A stretch of 64,000 bases of DNA from Schizochytrium sp. TIO01 (lineage: Eukaryota; Protista; Bigyra: Labyrinthulomycetes). The notes under the pieces are model-generated. The model did not search any database. It had not been told where the DNA came from and saw nothing but the letters and a program-made list of their open reading frames with translations. The DNA is taken from contig SMSO01000034.1 in assembly GCA_004764695.1 (NCBI GenBank), positions 1,116,001 through 1,180,000 of the forward strand, read 5' to 3'. The position numbers and the translations under genes were made by a program. Of this stretch, positions 33,801 to 45,656 are shown piece after piece (within the stretch, counting starts at the first letter, position 1; each line of letters begins with the position of its first letter).

Positions 33801-36555
33801 TGAATGACTAGACATGCATGAACTTGTATTACCGTATTCATACAATGTATGACATTACGGCAATGGTTATTATGGGAACTATATGCTAGACTTCAATCGA
33901 CCTCCTATTCTCTTAGAAGTCCTGCATTTTTTTAATCTGCCATAGTGATTTATACTTTTTAGGTTTATCTACCATGATATCTGACTGAATGTTGTACTTC
34001 TGATTTTAAAAGTATTTTTTGGTTAATATATTTTATCTTCAAAAGAAGCATTGCCTCAGCCCTGCCTAGACGCACACGTACATGGATAGGAATTCGCGTA
34101 CCAAACATATAGTATTGGCCTCACAATCTGGCTTTGACTCTTGGAGTTTGAGTTTAAGATTGAGTGCCTGATGAGTATTAACTTTCGTCGTCCTATTCGT
34201 CAACACTTTTTGCAAGTATTTTGCTGAATCGATATCCTCACTGCAAAGCGACTTATAAAAACCTTTAGCTCACGTATTGAAATGACTGAAAGCTGTAGAG
34301 AATAGGACCATAGTCGAAGAAGTTTGAACCTGCAGGAGACTAAAAGACCAATGACGATATTGACTCCTCCCCGTTTATTATAATTGTTTTCAAAACATCA
34401 CTATGGTAGAAGTCTGCATCAAGTTTTCTTTACCCAATTCTTTTCCTAGACATGTGCCTTTAGTTGGCCTTGCGGCGATACTTTGATAGTTTGGAGACGA
34501 ACCATAAAATTCAAACACTAAGCAGGAATTCTTAAGAGTTCTGAGTTCCGAAACTGTACTTCGATTATTTTCTCTCTCAGCCCTTAAGTTAAGAGGGAAA
34601 CTTAAGCATCATGTAGAATATTTCCCCGCAAAATTGCCCCAGCAAGGCCTCAAATATTCGTTTTTGGAAACTATTGATTCCTCGGAAGTATCCATCTTTG
34701 ATTTGATGGTTTCGATTCATGAAGATTCCTGGTGTCGATACAAATGCAACAAAAGTTTGCAAATGAGTTTTTTTTTTTTTTTTCAAAGTACTTCCATAAT
34801 CTAATTTTGTGTCTGTAAACGAATTGTGTGGCGAGATTAAAGTTATCATAATTTCTGCAAAATACCCTTGAAATTAATAAAAGATCTACAAGAGCGTTTC
34901 GGGACACTCTTTTTCTAAATTTTACTCTCCTCCTGCGTCTTCATCTCAGTCTAAATATATCTAATGTTGAGATCCGTTCGACAGAATCGGATTTCAAGTT
35001 GGAGGGCTCGTCCATAAGCTTAGGAAGCTTTCAGATTTCAGTCGGTCAATTCCTTAAACCTTAATTGCTGTATATTGCAGCCGATTATGCCAGTCAATTA
35101 TATATAGTATAATTGACGGTCTGTTCACAACGGGGGTAGTCTCACCAAAGTCCGATAATCTTAAAAATACAAACAAAAGAACTTCTAAGTTTCAGCCTGT
35201 TGCTCTCTTAAAAAAAGAATCATATCTTTGAAGCACCAACGCTTTATCTACTTTCTTGTTCATATTTTTTAATTTCAATATTTTAAAACTACTAGTATTA
35301 TAAATTAAAACATAGTAAATTTTCAAGTACAGAAAAATAGATTTATTAGTTAAAAATATGTTTTTAATATATTTAAAAAAGCAGAACTAGAAACTTTGCA
35401 TTTCACAATACGGTAAAGCTTGCTTTTACGAGAATGAATTAAATTTAATTTATATTTCTTGGGAAACGGGAGTTCATACTATTAAATATTGTTCCTGGAT
35501 AGGTAGTGCAGAGTGATACCTGGAGAAAGCAACCGTCTTAAAAATACATGCGTTTGCATATGGAAAGGCCTTGGCATCACAATGTTGAATGCGGAAACGC
35601 ACGTATTGATTACACGTCTCAAAGTAAAACCTGCTCATAAAATAATAATTTAACTTGTGGGTAAAGTCTGGGTTTGTAAATGATTATTTCACGAAGTCTA
35701 GAAAGATGGGTAACAAGGACACCTAAAAAAGGACATTGCTAATTACCTGCTTACAGAAATAATAATCTCATCAATCGGCCATTTGGCTTTTAAATACTTT
35801 TGGTCATCTTCTTGGATGTCTCGAATCAAGGTAACATAACGAGAATTTCCTCAGAGCTAAAGTATGAGGAGTCATGTTCTTCATAGTGAATACAGATTTG
35901 GGTCCTGATTTGTAGAAAATATACGATTTGTGTATGGCAGAAGCATAGCGCCAATGACAAGTTTTTGAAAATAATTCCTTTATATGTTTGTTAAACTCAG
36001 GGCTATGTAGCTTCAATTATCACGATGCTAGTTCGAACTGACATGAGAGGGAGGGGAGTGTTGCCATACTTGCCTTATTTATGTCTTGCTGAGTACGCAG
36101 TATTTCCTGAGAGACACTAATCTAAGTAGCGTTTCCTGAAGTACCTGTTTCGCTAGTACCCTTATACTTACTATGACTATTTTCTTCAAACCCTTGGTCA
36201 CATATAGGAACAACTTTAAGCGTTAAGCTCGCCTCCTATTGTTATCTATAGTAACCTACTAGAAACTAATAGTACGGGTTCTCTTTTGGTGTCCTCGGGG
36301 ATACGTTGAGGACTCACTCTGTAGAAACCTGCGCGGCGGAATTGGCGCGGAATCCAATCCCAATAAGAACCGAGCAGAAGACGCGGTGTAAGCACCCAGC
36401 TCAAACCTTCGATGGGTTGTGTCCTATTCATGGATCCCAAAGCTATCAAGGGTGGCCAAATACCATTTGAGGCGGCAAGTGCGGCACTTGGCGCTGCATG
36501 CGCAGACGGAGAGGAATAGTACAGTACTGGTGACTTTGAATGCTCTTGGGGCAAG

Positions 36556-38760
36556 ATGAAGCCCGTCGCTTCACAACAGCAGGGTCATCGTTCGATTCTC
36601 CAGCGCCAGCGTGAGAGAGAGCGTCAGATTCGGGAAAAGCGTCGTCAAGAACGCGAGGATGGTACAAGCTCTAGAGCTGCTCCGTCCCCCTCTCAACGCC
36701 TTTCTAAAAAGGCAGGCAGCATGACACGTCCAAGCGAACAAAACAATGGCGCGAATATTAAGAATGTTAATCGAAGGAGCTATGGTTATCAAAACATGCC
36801 AGATCGCCAAGACAAAGGAAGAGGAGAGAAGCCTTCTCAGCAATCGCAACAACGGGGTGCTCAAAGGCTGAGTGATAAGCGTCGTGACAAGCTTCTAAAG
36901 GTACTTGCTCGCGAAGAAAATAAACCATATGTATGCAAGCACGACCCAAATCGAGCTTATGTGCTTGTTGATGGTGAATTCCTTGAGCTAGATCAGGAGA
37001 CTTGGGAAACATTAGGTCTTAAAAAAACCAACCGGGTGAAATCAAAATCACGGAATCGGTCAATGGAGGAGAAATATAACAATGAGTACGAATGCAAATA
37101 TAACAGCGAAGAAGAAGAAGGGGATGGTGAGTTCTACGTAGAGAGTGCACAAAAATATTCAAATGGCGCACGTCTCAATCTAGGGTCTCTTGCTCGTGGC
37201 GAAGAAATAAAACTTACGAACCTGCCCTGCACTCTGATTGAGGAAACCGTCTTCTTCAATGGGTGCAATCACGTTGTCTCTGATATGGAGAAACTGAGCA
37301 GCTCGACTAGCCAGAGGGATGCTGCTGTAGCAATTGAACTCTGGGTACTGCCTGTTTTCGACCAGGATGCAGATCGGCACTTGCGAACGTCGAGACACGA
37401 CCTTGGCTTTCGCAACTCCTTGTTGGCTACTGCAAAGGACCGCTCCCCGTGGCGCTATATACTTCGTAAGAGTCTCTCCACTAACCTCAAAAATGTTCCT
37501 GGAAATAGACTCCAGCATCAAGACAGTTTGCGATCCGTCCATCCACTTGTTGGAGACCGTTTGAACTGCACCCCGACAATAATGCTAAATCAAGCTTCTG
37601 GGCAGCTTCGCGTCGACCTTTCATTATGTACATGGAAAGAAGAAAAGTCGATGGACCTGCTAAACTGGCAGATCGAAGTTGCCAGCGAATCATTTACTTC
37701 AAATGCTCATTTGAAGCATGGGCAGTGGTCACATTTAGCATTACTAGTCACAAGCTCCGATGCCTTGCTCTTCGTCAATGGACGAATGGACGCAGCTTTT
37801 TCGGGGCGTGGAGAGCAACGCATCGCCATGAATCGTTTTCCAATGTTTATAGGTAGCTGTCCAAGGATGGATTCCAATGGAACACTTATTGGCACAGATG
37901 GGATTGTTGGCTTTGTCAGTCAAGCAAAATGGCACTCAAACGTCACGGATCTATCATTTTTTGCAAATGATGAGATACTGGCAAATATGCCGCCACAGCC
38001 TCGACCACCCAATGAATGGAAAGATGTAATGTCCAATAGAAACGGCGCTAGCCAAAGCTCGTCCTCTGGTATAGGCGTGTCGCAAGCGGAGCAACAGCGT
38101 CGTATTCGAGAACGGCAAGAAATGCAACGCAGTTGGTTAGATCAGCAAATGAAGGAAAAAGAGACTTTGCGTGCGAAGGAACACAGCGAACGCCTCCGGT
38201 TTGCTCAGGACGTTGCACAACGCGCTAAAGAGTATGCAAAAGAACAGCTTGCTTATAGAGTCGAGCAACAACAACATAGCTTGCGTGTTTCCAAGGAATT
38301 GAAAGACAATCTTATGTCTGTTCAAGAGCGGAAAAGACTAGAAATGCTCGACGAGCGTATCTCAGATCAAGCTCGTTTTGGCGGTTTGCAGGACAAATAT
38401 CGCAAGGACACATCACGAAGGCATATAAGCAACGATGACTATGCACGAGAACTCAAGGCTGAGGCTCTCAAACGGGAACTTGCTCGTAAACAGCAGAATG
38501 AACACCAGACTTATATTGAGCGTGTTCGTGTTGAAGCTGAAAGAAAAAAGTATTTGTTAGAACAAGCGTTGAAGAAACAACAAGAGCTAGAAAGAAAAGA
38601 AGCCTTCAGAAGAGAGTTGCAGACTCAAATCGATGAGAAACGATCTAGTACACTTTATTCAGTTGCAGGCAATGATAAGTTCATGACTGCTGAAGAGCGC
38701 GCTCTCAACACACGTGTTCTACGAATGGTAGCAAGCACACGAATCTCGCAAAACTTCTAG
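36556..38760 (+). CDS. LamG/concanavalin A-like domain protein with long C-terminal charged coiled coil, 734 aa
   Basis: LamG-type pattern GQWSHLALLV...LLFVNGRMD...PMFIG...GIVGFVSQAKWH. The C-terminus is an E/R/K/Q-rich helix ending FRRELQTQIDEK...MTAEERALN. Confidence 0.78.
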   Translation: MKPVASQQQGHRSILQRQRERERQIREKRRQEREDGTSSRAAPSPSQRLSKKAGSMTRPSEQNNGANIKNVNRRSYGYQNMPDRQDKGRGEKPSQQSQQRGAQRLSDKRRDKLLKVLAREENKPYVCKHDPNRAYVLVDGEFLELDQETWETLGLKKTNRVKSKSRNRSMEEKYNNEYECKYNSEEEEGDGEFYVESAQKYSNGARLNLGSLARGEEIKLTNLPCTLIEETVFFNGCNHVVSDMEKLSSSTSQRDAAVAIELWVLPVFDQDADRHLRTSRHDLGFRNSLLATAKDRSPWRYILRKSLSTNLKNVPGNRLQHQDSLRSVHPLVGDRLNCTPTIMLNQASGQLRVDLSLCTWKEEKSMDLLNWQIEVASESFTSNAHLKHGQWSHLALLVTSSDALLFVNGRMDAAFSGRGEQRIAMNRFPMFIGSCPRMDSNGTLIGTDGIVGFVSQAKWHSNVTDLSFFANDEILANMPPQPRPPNEWKDVMSNRNGASQSSSSGIGVSQAEQQRRIRERQEMQRSWLDQQMKEKETLRAKEHSERLRFAQDVAQRAKEYAKEQLAYRVEQQQHSLRVSKELKDNLMSVQERKRLEMLDERISDQARFGGLQDKYRKDTSRRHISNDDYARELKAEALKRELARKQQNEHQTYIERVRVEAERKKYLLEQALKKQQELERKEAFRRELQTQIDEKRSSTLYSVAGNDKFMTAEERALNTRVLRMVASTRISQNF

Positions 38761-40498
38761 GTTATAGCTTAAGATACAATTATCCTCTTGTTCATTTTAT
38801 ACATATTCGAGAACAACAATACACGTTATTATATCCCTGTGTATTGTGAGCCTTCCTGATCACCACCAAAAAAATACGATGGATATGATTTATTTTGTGA
38901 GTTATGACCAACCTTGAAGCCAATGAGTGAAGAGGAGCAGCCTTTTGGCTCTCTCACTGGTCAGCGGTATCACTTGTCAGAGATAATGAGTCAAGTAAAA
39001 TCTTTGAGCCTTCCTAGCCAGAACAATCATCTCTCTGGTTGTAGTCTCTATTTGAGAGTGCCCAAAGATGAAAAGTCAAGACCAAGCTTGGCTTACACTA
39101 CCTATCTCATCTAAATTTTCCCTATTTTAAAGGCAGTATACAATCAGACCAAAAATTACAGGCAGCAGTTGCATAAACCGTTGGGTGCTCTGACAATCCC
39201 GGCTTTTGTGAAGACAAGGGGTGCCGATCATTCCAAGGTGAAGGTGCCGGCGAGATTTGCGTCGCTCTGATTATAATATAGCAACAGAGTTTATTCTAAT
39301 TACGGGACAAAGTGTCATAATAAAGATGCCAATTTAGGACCATTCTTTTAAATTGTCAACGATGCCATGAGGTCGGTTCTAAGGCAGAGGTGATTTAAAT
39401 TGACAGCCTGGCTTTTACTTCCCCAGAAATGAATGTACGTACCTCAACAGGGCGTCTTATATCGGTTCTGATGTACACACAAAAGTTATGTTGAAGAAAT
39501 CTAACCTTGATATCATCTCAGGTGACCGTCGGTACCTACTCTGCTGACGAAAGCATAAAAAGATGAAAGGGACTACTAAGATGAGACCCACTGCCATAAA
39601 ACCCAGGATTTATTTTTCTCTGAACAATGCGGACATATGAAAGCAAAAGACACAAATATCTTTAATAATAGTTAAAGCTATCAAGACTTTAAAGCTCTAA
39701 TATCATAGTCATCTGTCCTCTTGGATGATCCATCCAACCTTCGGGACGCCAGTGACGCCATGCTACCCGGTCCGGACTCCATCCTTGTACAATGTTGCTT
39801 GCGTTAGACTCCCCCCGCCATGATCGTCTCTTGCATGTATCACTTGCCTATGCAGCCGGACTGGCAACACCTTGTTTGATGTTAAAAAGCTATGAGTTCG
39901 CTCTCGTCGCCACAAAGGCTGAATGACGTGATGTGGAGACAACTCCGAACAATTCTTTGCCAAACTACCCTTTGCAAATCTTTGCATAGTACGTAGGTAG
40001 TAGGTAGGTAGGCGGTAGGCACCTACCTGCTTATGCAAAACAAATCCAAGAATAAAATAAATGACACAAAAATCATCACCATGAGCACTCGCGTCTTCTC
40101 CATCAAAACAACCCGAAGACCAGAATGACTCAAGCTCTACCATGTGATTCTCCAAAGCCAAGCTTGGAGAAGACCAACTACCTACGTAGGTGCATATCTA
40201 CCTTCCTAGGCAGGTAGTTCAATAGTCAGGATCTCATGCATTGTTCAAGCTGGATAGATGGCAAACAGGAACGAAGAGAACGCAAGCAAAAGTCACAGGG
40301 ACTATAGGAAAAGAAAAGGAGAAGGCGGAAGGAACAAAAGAAACGAAGGAGTAAAAAAGCAAACTCCGCAGCCCAAGAAACTAGCCAAGTAATCCTTGTA
40401 GCCACAGACAAATCCAACTAAACGAAATCAAAAGCAGCCCAAGATGAAAGAACTTGAAGGAAAGAAAAAGTCTGAGGCCGGATTTAGTTGTCCCAACG

Positions 40499-40544
40499 AA
40501 AGAAGAAGACAAAGAAGAAGAAGAAGAAGAAGAAGAAGAAGAAG

Positions 40545-40574
<30 letters not shown>
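40499..40574. repeat. (GAA)n microsatellite
   Basis: About 20 consecutive gaa units. Confidence 0.95.
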
Positions 40575-40575
<1 letters not shown>

Positions 40576-41787
40576 TTTGTTGTCTTCAAGTCTGGAGCAC
40601 CCCCAACCTGAGCACGGGCGAACCAAGACTCGACGTTTTCCGCCGCCATTCATCACAGGAGTCGCAGCTTTCCTGCATTGCTCCTGAGATCTGACTAGAG
40701 TTGAAACCCAAGTTATAGTACCTATTGTCTTGAGATCGCAAGTTCATGGCTGGCTGATCAATCCGTTTGGCAAGAGCACAATGTGACTGACTGGTCTTCG
40801 TGGTATTTTCTAAACCTAGAACCACTATTTTGAATCACAAAGACTTCATCTTGCGCCCGAGCTGGCATCATCGAGCTTTATCCAAGTGCCCCAAAAAACG
40901 AAGAGCACCACCACGAGCAGGAGCGAGAGAGAGCCCCGTCTACGAGCGCTCCAACCTCTCAGGGGCTCCCTTCAATCAAAGCGAACTAAATTTGAATTGA
41001 ATATGAAATCGCGGCCGCCGCTTTTTTTTTGGCTCCCCTTTGTCCCTTATTGAAAGGCCACCACTTTCATCGTCGTAAGAACATCATGAGAACACTACGT
41101 AGTAGTCAGGCAGCACTACCACAGACCCATAGGAGCTACTATTACTTCACTAGTGGCGGCGTTTCCAAAAGCGAAGAAGGAAAGCTTGAGCGGAATAATA
41201 GGAAGCCAAGAGTAACTACTACGGTTTAGCATAGAAGGCGGGACCCGTCGTGCCCTTCACGACGACGAATAGAAATCGAATGAGAAGAGAGGAATAAGGG
41301 AGAGAAATTGGAATGACCATCGTATGATGTGTCATGGAATGGTGAATTGGAGAGGAGGACTGTGTTTGGATGCGTCGAAGCCAGAGGAAGGAAAGAAGAA
41401 GATGCGGTCTCAGAGGTCTCAGTTGCAGTATCGTTCACCTTGAAGAAAGCAGAGAGAGAGAGAAAGAAAGAAAGGAAGGAAGAAAGAACAAATAAAAGAA
41501 GTTCTTTGGAGTTCAACTTCGGCGGAGGGGCGTTTCTAGTACAAGACTCTGCATTTGTGCTTGCTTTTCTTTCAAAGAGTTTGGAAATTAAAATTTGAAT
41601 TTGAATTCGAAATTTGAATTCGAAATTTGAAACAAGCAGCGGCAGATCGATTTGTTTCAAGGGAAAAGAAGCAAATCGCAATCGAGGCGCCTGGCGGACG
41701 GGCGCTAGCTTGTTCGGGAGCAGCGTCTGTGCCGCAGAGACAGCTTGGAGCGACCTGGGCAGGAAGACGCGGACGGCAGGGAGGAAC

Positions 41788-42726
41788 ATGGGCTCTCCTC
41801 GCGCACTGCGGAGGCTGCGGGCCTTCGCGCACGTGAATGCGGCGGTAGTGGCTGTGGCGGCCATCGCGCATGAGCTCGGGGCTCAGGCACAGGTCCACGC
41901 GCTGAAGGAAGGCTTGGGAGGGATAGATACAGCGGACTGGATGAGGCTTTACCTTTCAGCAGCGATCAAAACAGCGGCTTTCCTGGTCATCATCACGGCG
42001 AGTGCTGCACGGAGACCTAAGATCCTCGGTGAAAAACGCACAAAGGAGCCCCAGCCTCAGGACACGGCTAAGCTCGTTGTCCTGGCTCTCACAACAGGCC
42101 TTTTTGAGGCCGTTGAGCTCGCCTATGTGGCAAGGTTTCTGGATCTTGACGCGCCAACCTGGTCTATCGCTGAAATGTGGAACAAATTTGGTATAGCAGA
42201 CGCCCTTACGCTGGTGCAGCAGCTGCCGACGATGTGGTTGGTTTTTGTGATCAAATCGTTTGCCTTTGAGATCCTCTTTGACTTTTTCCATTACTGGGGT
42301 CACCGTATCGCTCATGAGATTCCTCGTCTGTACCGCTTTCACAGAAGCCATCACAAGTATTTACACCCAACGCCACTCGCCACGTATCAGCAGCATCCCT
42401 TTGACATTGTCTTTACTAACCTACTACCCAATGTCGCTGCCGTTGTCTTGTTGCGAACCTTTCTTGGCATTCAACTCAACAGTTTTGAATATTCTTTGTT
42501 GATGTCATATAAAGTTTTTGTAGAGATTGCTGGACATGCCGGCATTGAAACGACTGCCACTTCGTTTCCACAGTGCGCACCTCTGCCGGAAGCTCTTGGC
42601 ATTGAACTTCACACTGATGATCATGACTTGCATCATTCTTTTCCAGGTATGGCTTGCAACTACGCCAAGCGCTTCACGTTGTGGGACCGTGTGTTTGGCA
42701 CATACAAGGTCCACAAATCACAATAG
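41788..42726 (+). CDS. Fatty acid hydroxylase / sterol desaturase superfamily membrane di-iron enzyme, ~312 aa
   Basis: First ATG at 41788. His boxes DFFHYWGHRIAH, FHRSHH, EIAGH and DHDLHH, the terminal NYAKRFTLWDRVFGT, and several hydrophobic segments. Confidence 0.9.
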   Translation: MGSPRALRRLRAFAHVNAAVVAVAAIAHELGAQAQVHALKEGLGGIDTADWMRLYLSAAIKTAAFLVIITASAARRPKILGEKRTKEPQPQDTAKLVVLALTTGLFEAVELAYVARFLDLDAPTWSIAEMWNKFGIADALTLVQQLPTMWLVFVIKSFAFEILFDFFHYWGHRIAHEIPRLYRFHRSHHKYLHPTPLATYQQHPFDIVFTNLLPNVAAVVLLRTFLGIQLNSFEYSLLMSYKVFVEIAGHAGIETTATSFPQCAPLPEALGIELHTDDHDLHHSFPGMACNYAKRFTLWDRVFGTYKVHKSQ

Positions 42727-44270
42727 AATAACCTCTTCACTCTGTCTTTGCCTGTCTGCTTGACACCCCTAGTTTTTTGGTAGATTTCCTTGCGGCTTTT
42801 TACTTTGCCGCTTACTTTCTTTTTTTTTCTGACTTTGAAACTCTACGCTAGAGGATTAGCAAAACACCCACGGAGCTTCAAAAAAAAGGGGGGGGGGGAG
42901 GGAGTGGAATTTGCCTCATAGAGGGCCGGCCCCATGTCTACATTTAGTATATGTATGGCGCATTCCTCATTTTGAATTTCCGAAAATGTGATTTTTTAGA
43001 GAACCCGTACCTCCTCGACAGCACCCTTCAGACAAGACTGTGTTGCATGTGCAAGCCAGCGAAGATTGGACTACCAATTTCAGATAGTAGAGTGTGACCT
43101 GCCCCTCTCCCATCGCCCCTCTTTTTGACAGATATTCATCACTTGCTGTATATGCGGCTCTATGAATCTTTTATTATACTACATCAACTTAATCCAATTT
43201 CTTCAAATGTTTTATAGAATCAAAGCTGTGTTTTTTTTTTTCCTATTTGAGAGTTCCAATTACACTGCATGGGCGCATCTGCGCAACCTGAGCAACCATC
43301 ATAAGGATAGGCACCATCTTTTTTAAACAATGAAGAAAAGACATATTTGATTCTATGAAAAACGAACTCAACTACCTTTTTTAAAACTAGGACTGTTATC
43401 AAACTGTGGGTTCATGAGGAAGCTTCTCATCTGAGCGTCTCAAATGTCTACTTGTGTGATGATGAGTGTTACTTACAATGATATTGATGTGGATCTACCC
43501 TAGAGTCTTCAAGAAAGGGAAAGGTGAGTGTCTAAAATACGTATTAGTCCTCTTCCCGAGCATGACATCATGCCATTTCATTAGCTCATGAATTCATCGA
43601 GGTTCATTAATTGAAGTTTGTGTACTGAGCAACAAAGGTTTATCTGATTCAAAAAAGTCATTAGTATTTGATTCAAAGAAAGTGAAAATGTAGGGGTTGG
43701 CGTACTTTTAGTTTTGATTGTGAAAAAAAGGAGAATGCCTATAGATGCACTCTGGTGTTAAAAAGAGAGAGAAGGTGGAGGGAGGATGTGCGAGTCGCTA
43801 TAGAAGTTCAAACGTGCATAGTAAGTCAGGTAAACGCCAGTTACCTATAATGCATCTTGTCAATTGTGTTTTTGCTTTGCAAAGTTGTTGTGGATTCAAC
43901 AAAATAGCTCGCCCCGAGCGTCTTTTTGTAGAAGGCAGGCTCGTGTGTGCGAATTCTATTGGTGGCATATTTGCCAAGTGGACGTACGTGGATGCAAGCT
44001 CTCCTGACTTCGATTGCTAAGTGGTTCGCTGATCAAAAGAAAGCCAACCAGAAAGAACGGAAGCCGTCCAATACCTTATTCTTATTGTTATCCACATTTG
44101 TGCTGTCTGACATGATAAGATTCGGTGGATTTACACTGCCAAGAAACTAGCCATGACAGGCAGAGTACGACGAGACAAACAAGAGCAAGCAAGAGAGAAA
44201 TAAAGAAAAGGACGCAAGCGAGCAGCAATTAACCACGGAGGGCCAGGTTTATTAACCATGCTCACCCAGC

Positions 44271-45656
44271 TTAGAGGCCGAGGATGAGGCGCTCAGGGTC
44301 CTCAATCTTCTCCTTGATGGACTTGAGGAAGGTGACACTCTCACGGCCATCGATGAGACGGTGATCGTAGGTGAGGGCGATGTACATCATGGGGCGGGAG
44401 ACAACCTGGCCATCGACGACGACAGCGCGGTCCTTGACGCCGTGCATGCCAAGAATGGCAGACTGGGGCATGTTAAGCATGGGGGTGGAGAAGAGGGAGC
44501 CGAAGACGCCACCGTTGGTGATGGTGAAGGTACCACCGGCCATCTCCTCCATGGTGAGCTTGTCAGCGCGAGCCTTGACAGCAAACTCGCCAATAGTGCG
44601 CTCGATGTCAGCAAAGTTCATGTCCTGGCAGTTGCGGATGACAGGCACAACAAGACCGCGGGGAGCAGAGACGGCGACGGAGATATCAACGTAGTCACGG
44701 TACACAATCTCCTTCTCGTCAATGACGGCGTTGACAGCAGGGACCTCCTGGAGAGCCTTGGTGGCGGCAGCAACGAAGGCAGACATGAATCCGAGCTTGA
44801 CTCCGTGGACCTTCTCAAACTGGTCCTTGTACTTCTTGCGGAGGTTCATGAGCTTGCTCATGTCGACCTCGTTGAAGGTGGTGAGGAGAGCGGCAGTAGA
44901 CTGGGCATCGACAAGACGCTCAGCAATCTTGCGGCGCATGGGGGACATCTTGACGCGCTTCTCAGTGCGGGCGCCCTGGTGAGCAGTGCCGGGGACCTGG
45001 GTGGTGGACTCGCCCTTAGGCTGCTGGGGTGCCTTGGGTGCCTCCTTGGCGGGTGCCGGAGCAGCAGCCTTGGGTGCCTCGGGGGCGGCGGCAGCAGGGG
45101 TAGCAGCGGGGGCAGCGGGGGCAGCGGGGGCCTCCTCCTTGGCGGCAGCAGCCTTGGGAGCACCACCACCGGGGGCGTCGGCCTTCTTGAACTTGACGAG
45201 GGGCTCGCCAACCTTGACCTCGGAGTCAACCTCAACGTAGATCTCAACAATCTCACCGGGCTTCTCAACACGGACAGGGAAGGTGACCTTGTCAGTCTCC
45301 ATGGTGGCGATCTCATCGTCCTCGAAGCAGTAGTCACCGACAGACTTGGTCCACTCAACGACCTCACCCTTGGTGATGGAGTCACCGAGGGGCGGCACGT
45401 TCATGACCCACTCGTCAGCATCCGCGGAAAACCAGCGGCGCTCGAAGCCCATGGGAGCGCAGCGTGCGGCAAGAGGAGCGACGTTGCGCATGGTGGGGAG
45501 GCCAGAGGAGGCCACGCCAGCCACGCGGCCGAGGGCCATCAGGGAGCGGCCTCCGAGCACGCGGGAGGAGGAGGACGAGAACTGACGGCTGCTGCCGCGC
45601 ATGACATGATCCCGCGAAATGGCCACCACGCGGGCGGAGCGCGAAGCGGAGAGCAT
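44271..45656 (-). CDS. DLST: Mitochondrial 2-oxoglutarate dehydrogenase E2 (dihydrolipoamide succinyltransferase), 461 aa
   Basis: Arg/Ser-rich mitochondrial presequence, lipoyl domain VPPLGDSI...ETDKV and an Ala/Pro linker. Catalytic domain motifs [30 protein letters not shown] and [13 protein letters not shown]. Very strong codon bias. Confidence 0.98.
   Translation of the reverse strand: MLSASRSARVVAISRDHVMRGSSRQFSSSSSRVLGGRSLMALGRVAGVASSGLPTMRNVAPLAARCAPMGFERRWFSADADEWVMNVPPLGDSITKGEVVEWTKSVGDYCFEDDEIATMETDKVTFPVRVEKPGEIVEIYVEVDSEVKVGEPLVKFKKADAPGGGAPKAAAAKEEAPAAPAAPAATPAAAAPEAPKAAAPAPAKEAPKAPQQPKGESTTQVPGTAHQGARTEKRVKMSPMRRKIAERLVDAQSTAALLTTFNEVDMSKLMNLRKKYKDQFEKVHGVKLGFMSAFVAAATKALQEVPAVNAVIDEKEIVYRDYVDISVAVSAPRGLVVPVIRNCQDMNFADIERTIGEFAVKARADKLTMEEMAGGTFTITNGGVFGSLFSTPMLNMPQSAILGMHGVKDRAVVVDGQVVSRPMMYIALTYDHRLIDGRESVTFLKSIKEKIEDPERLILGL

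Noticed and set aside
40381-40694. Poly-E/K/S/L ORFs
   Set aside because: Translations of the (GAA)n microsatellite, with stops in the flanking frames.
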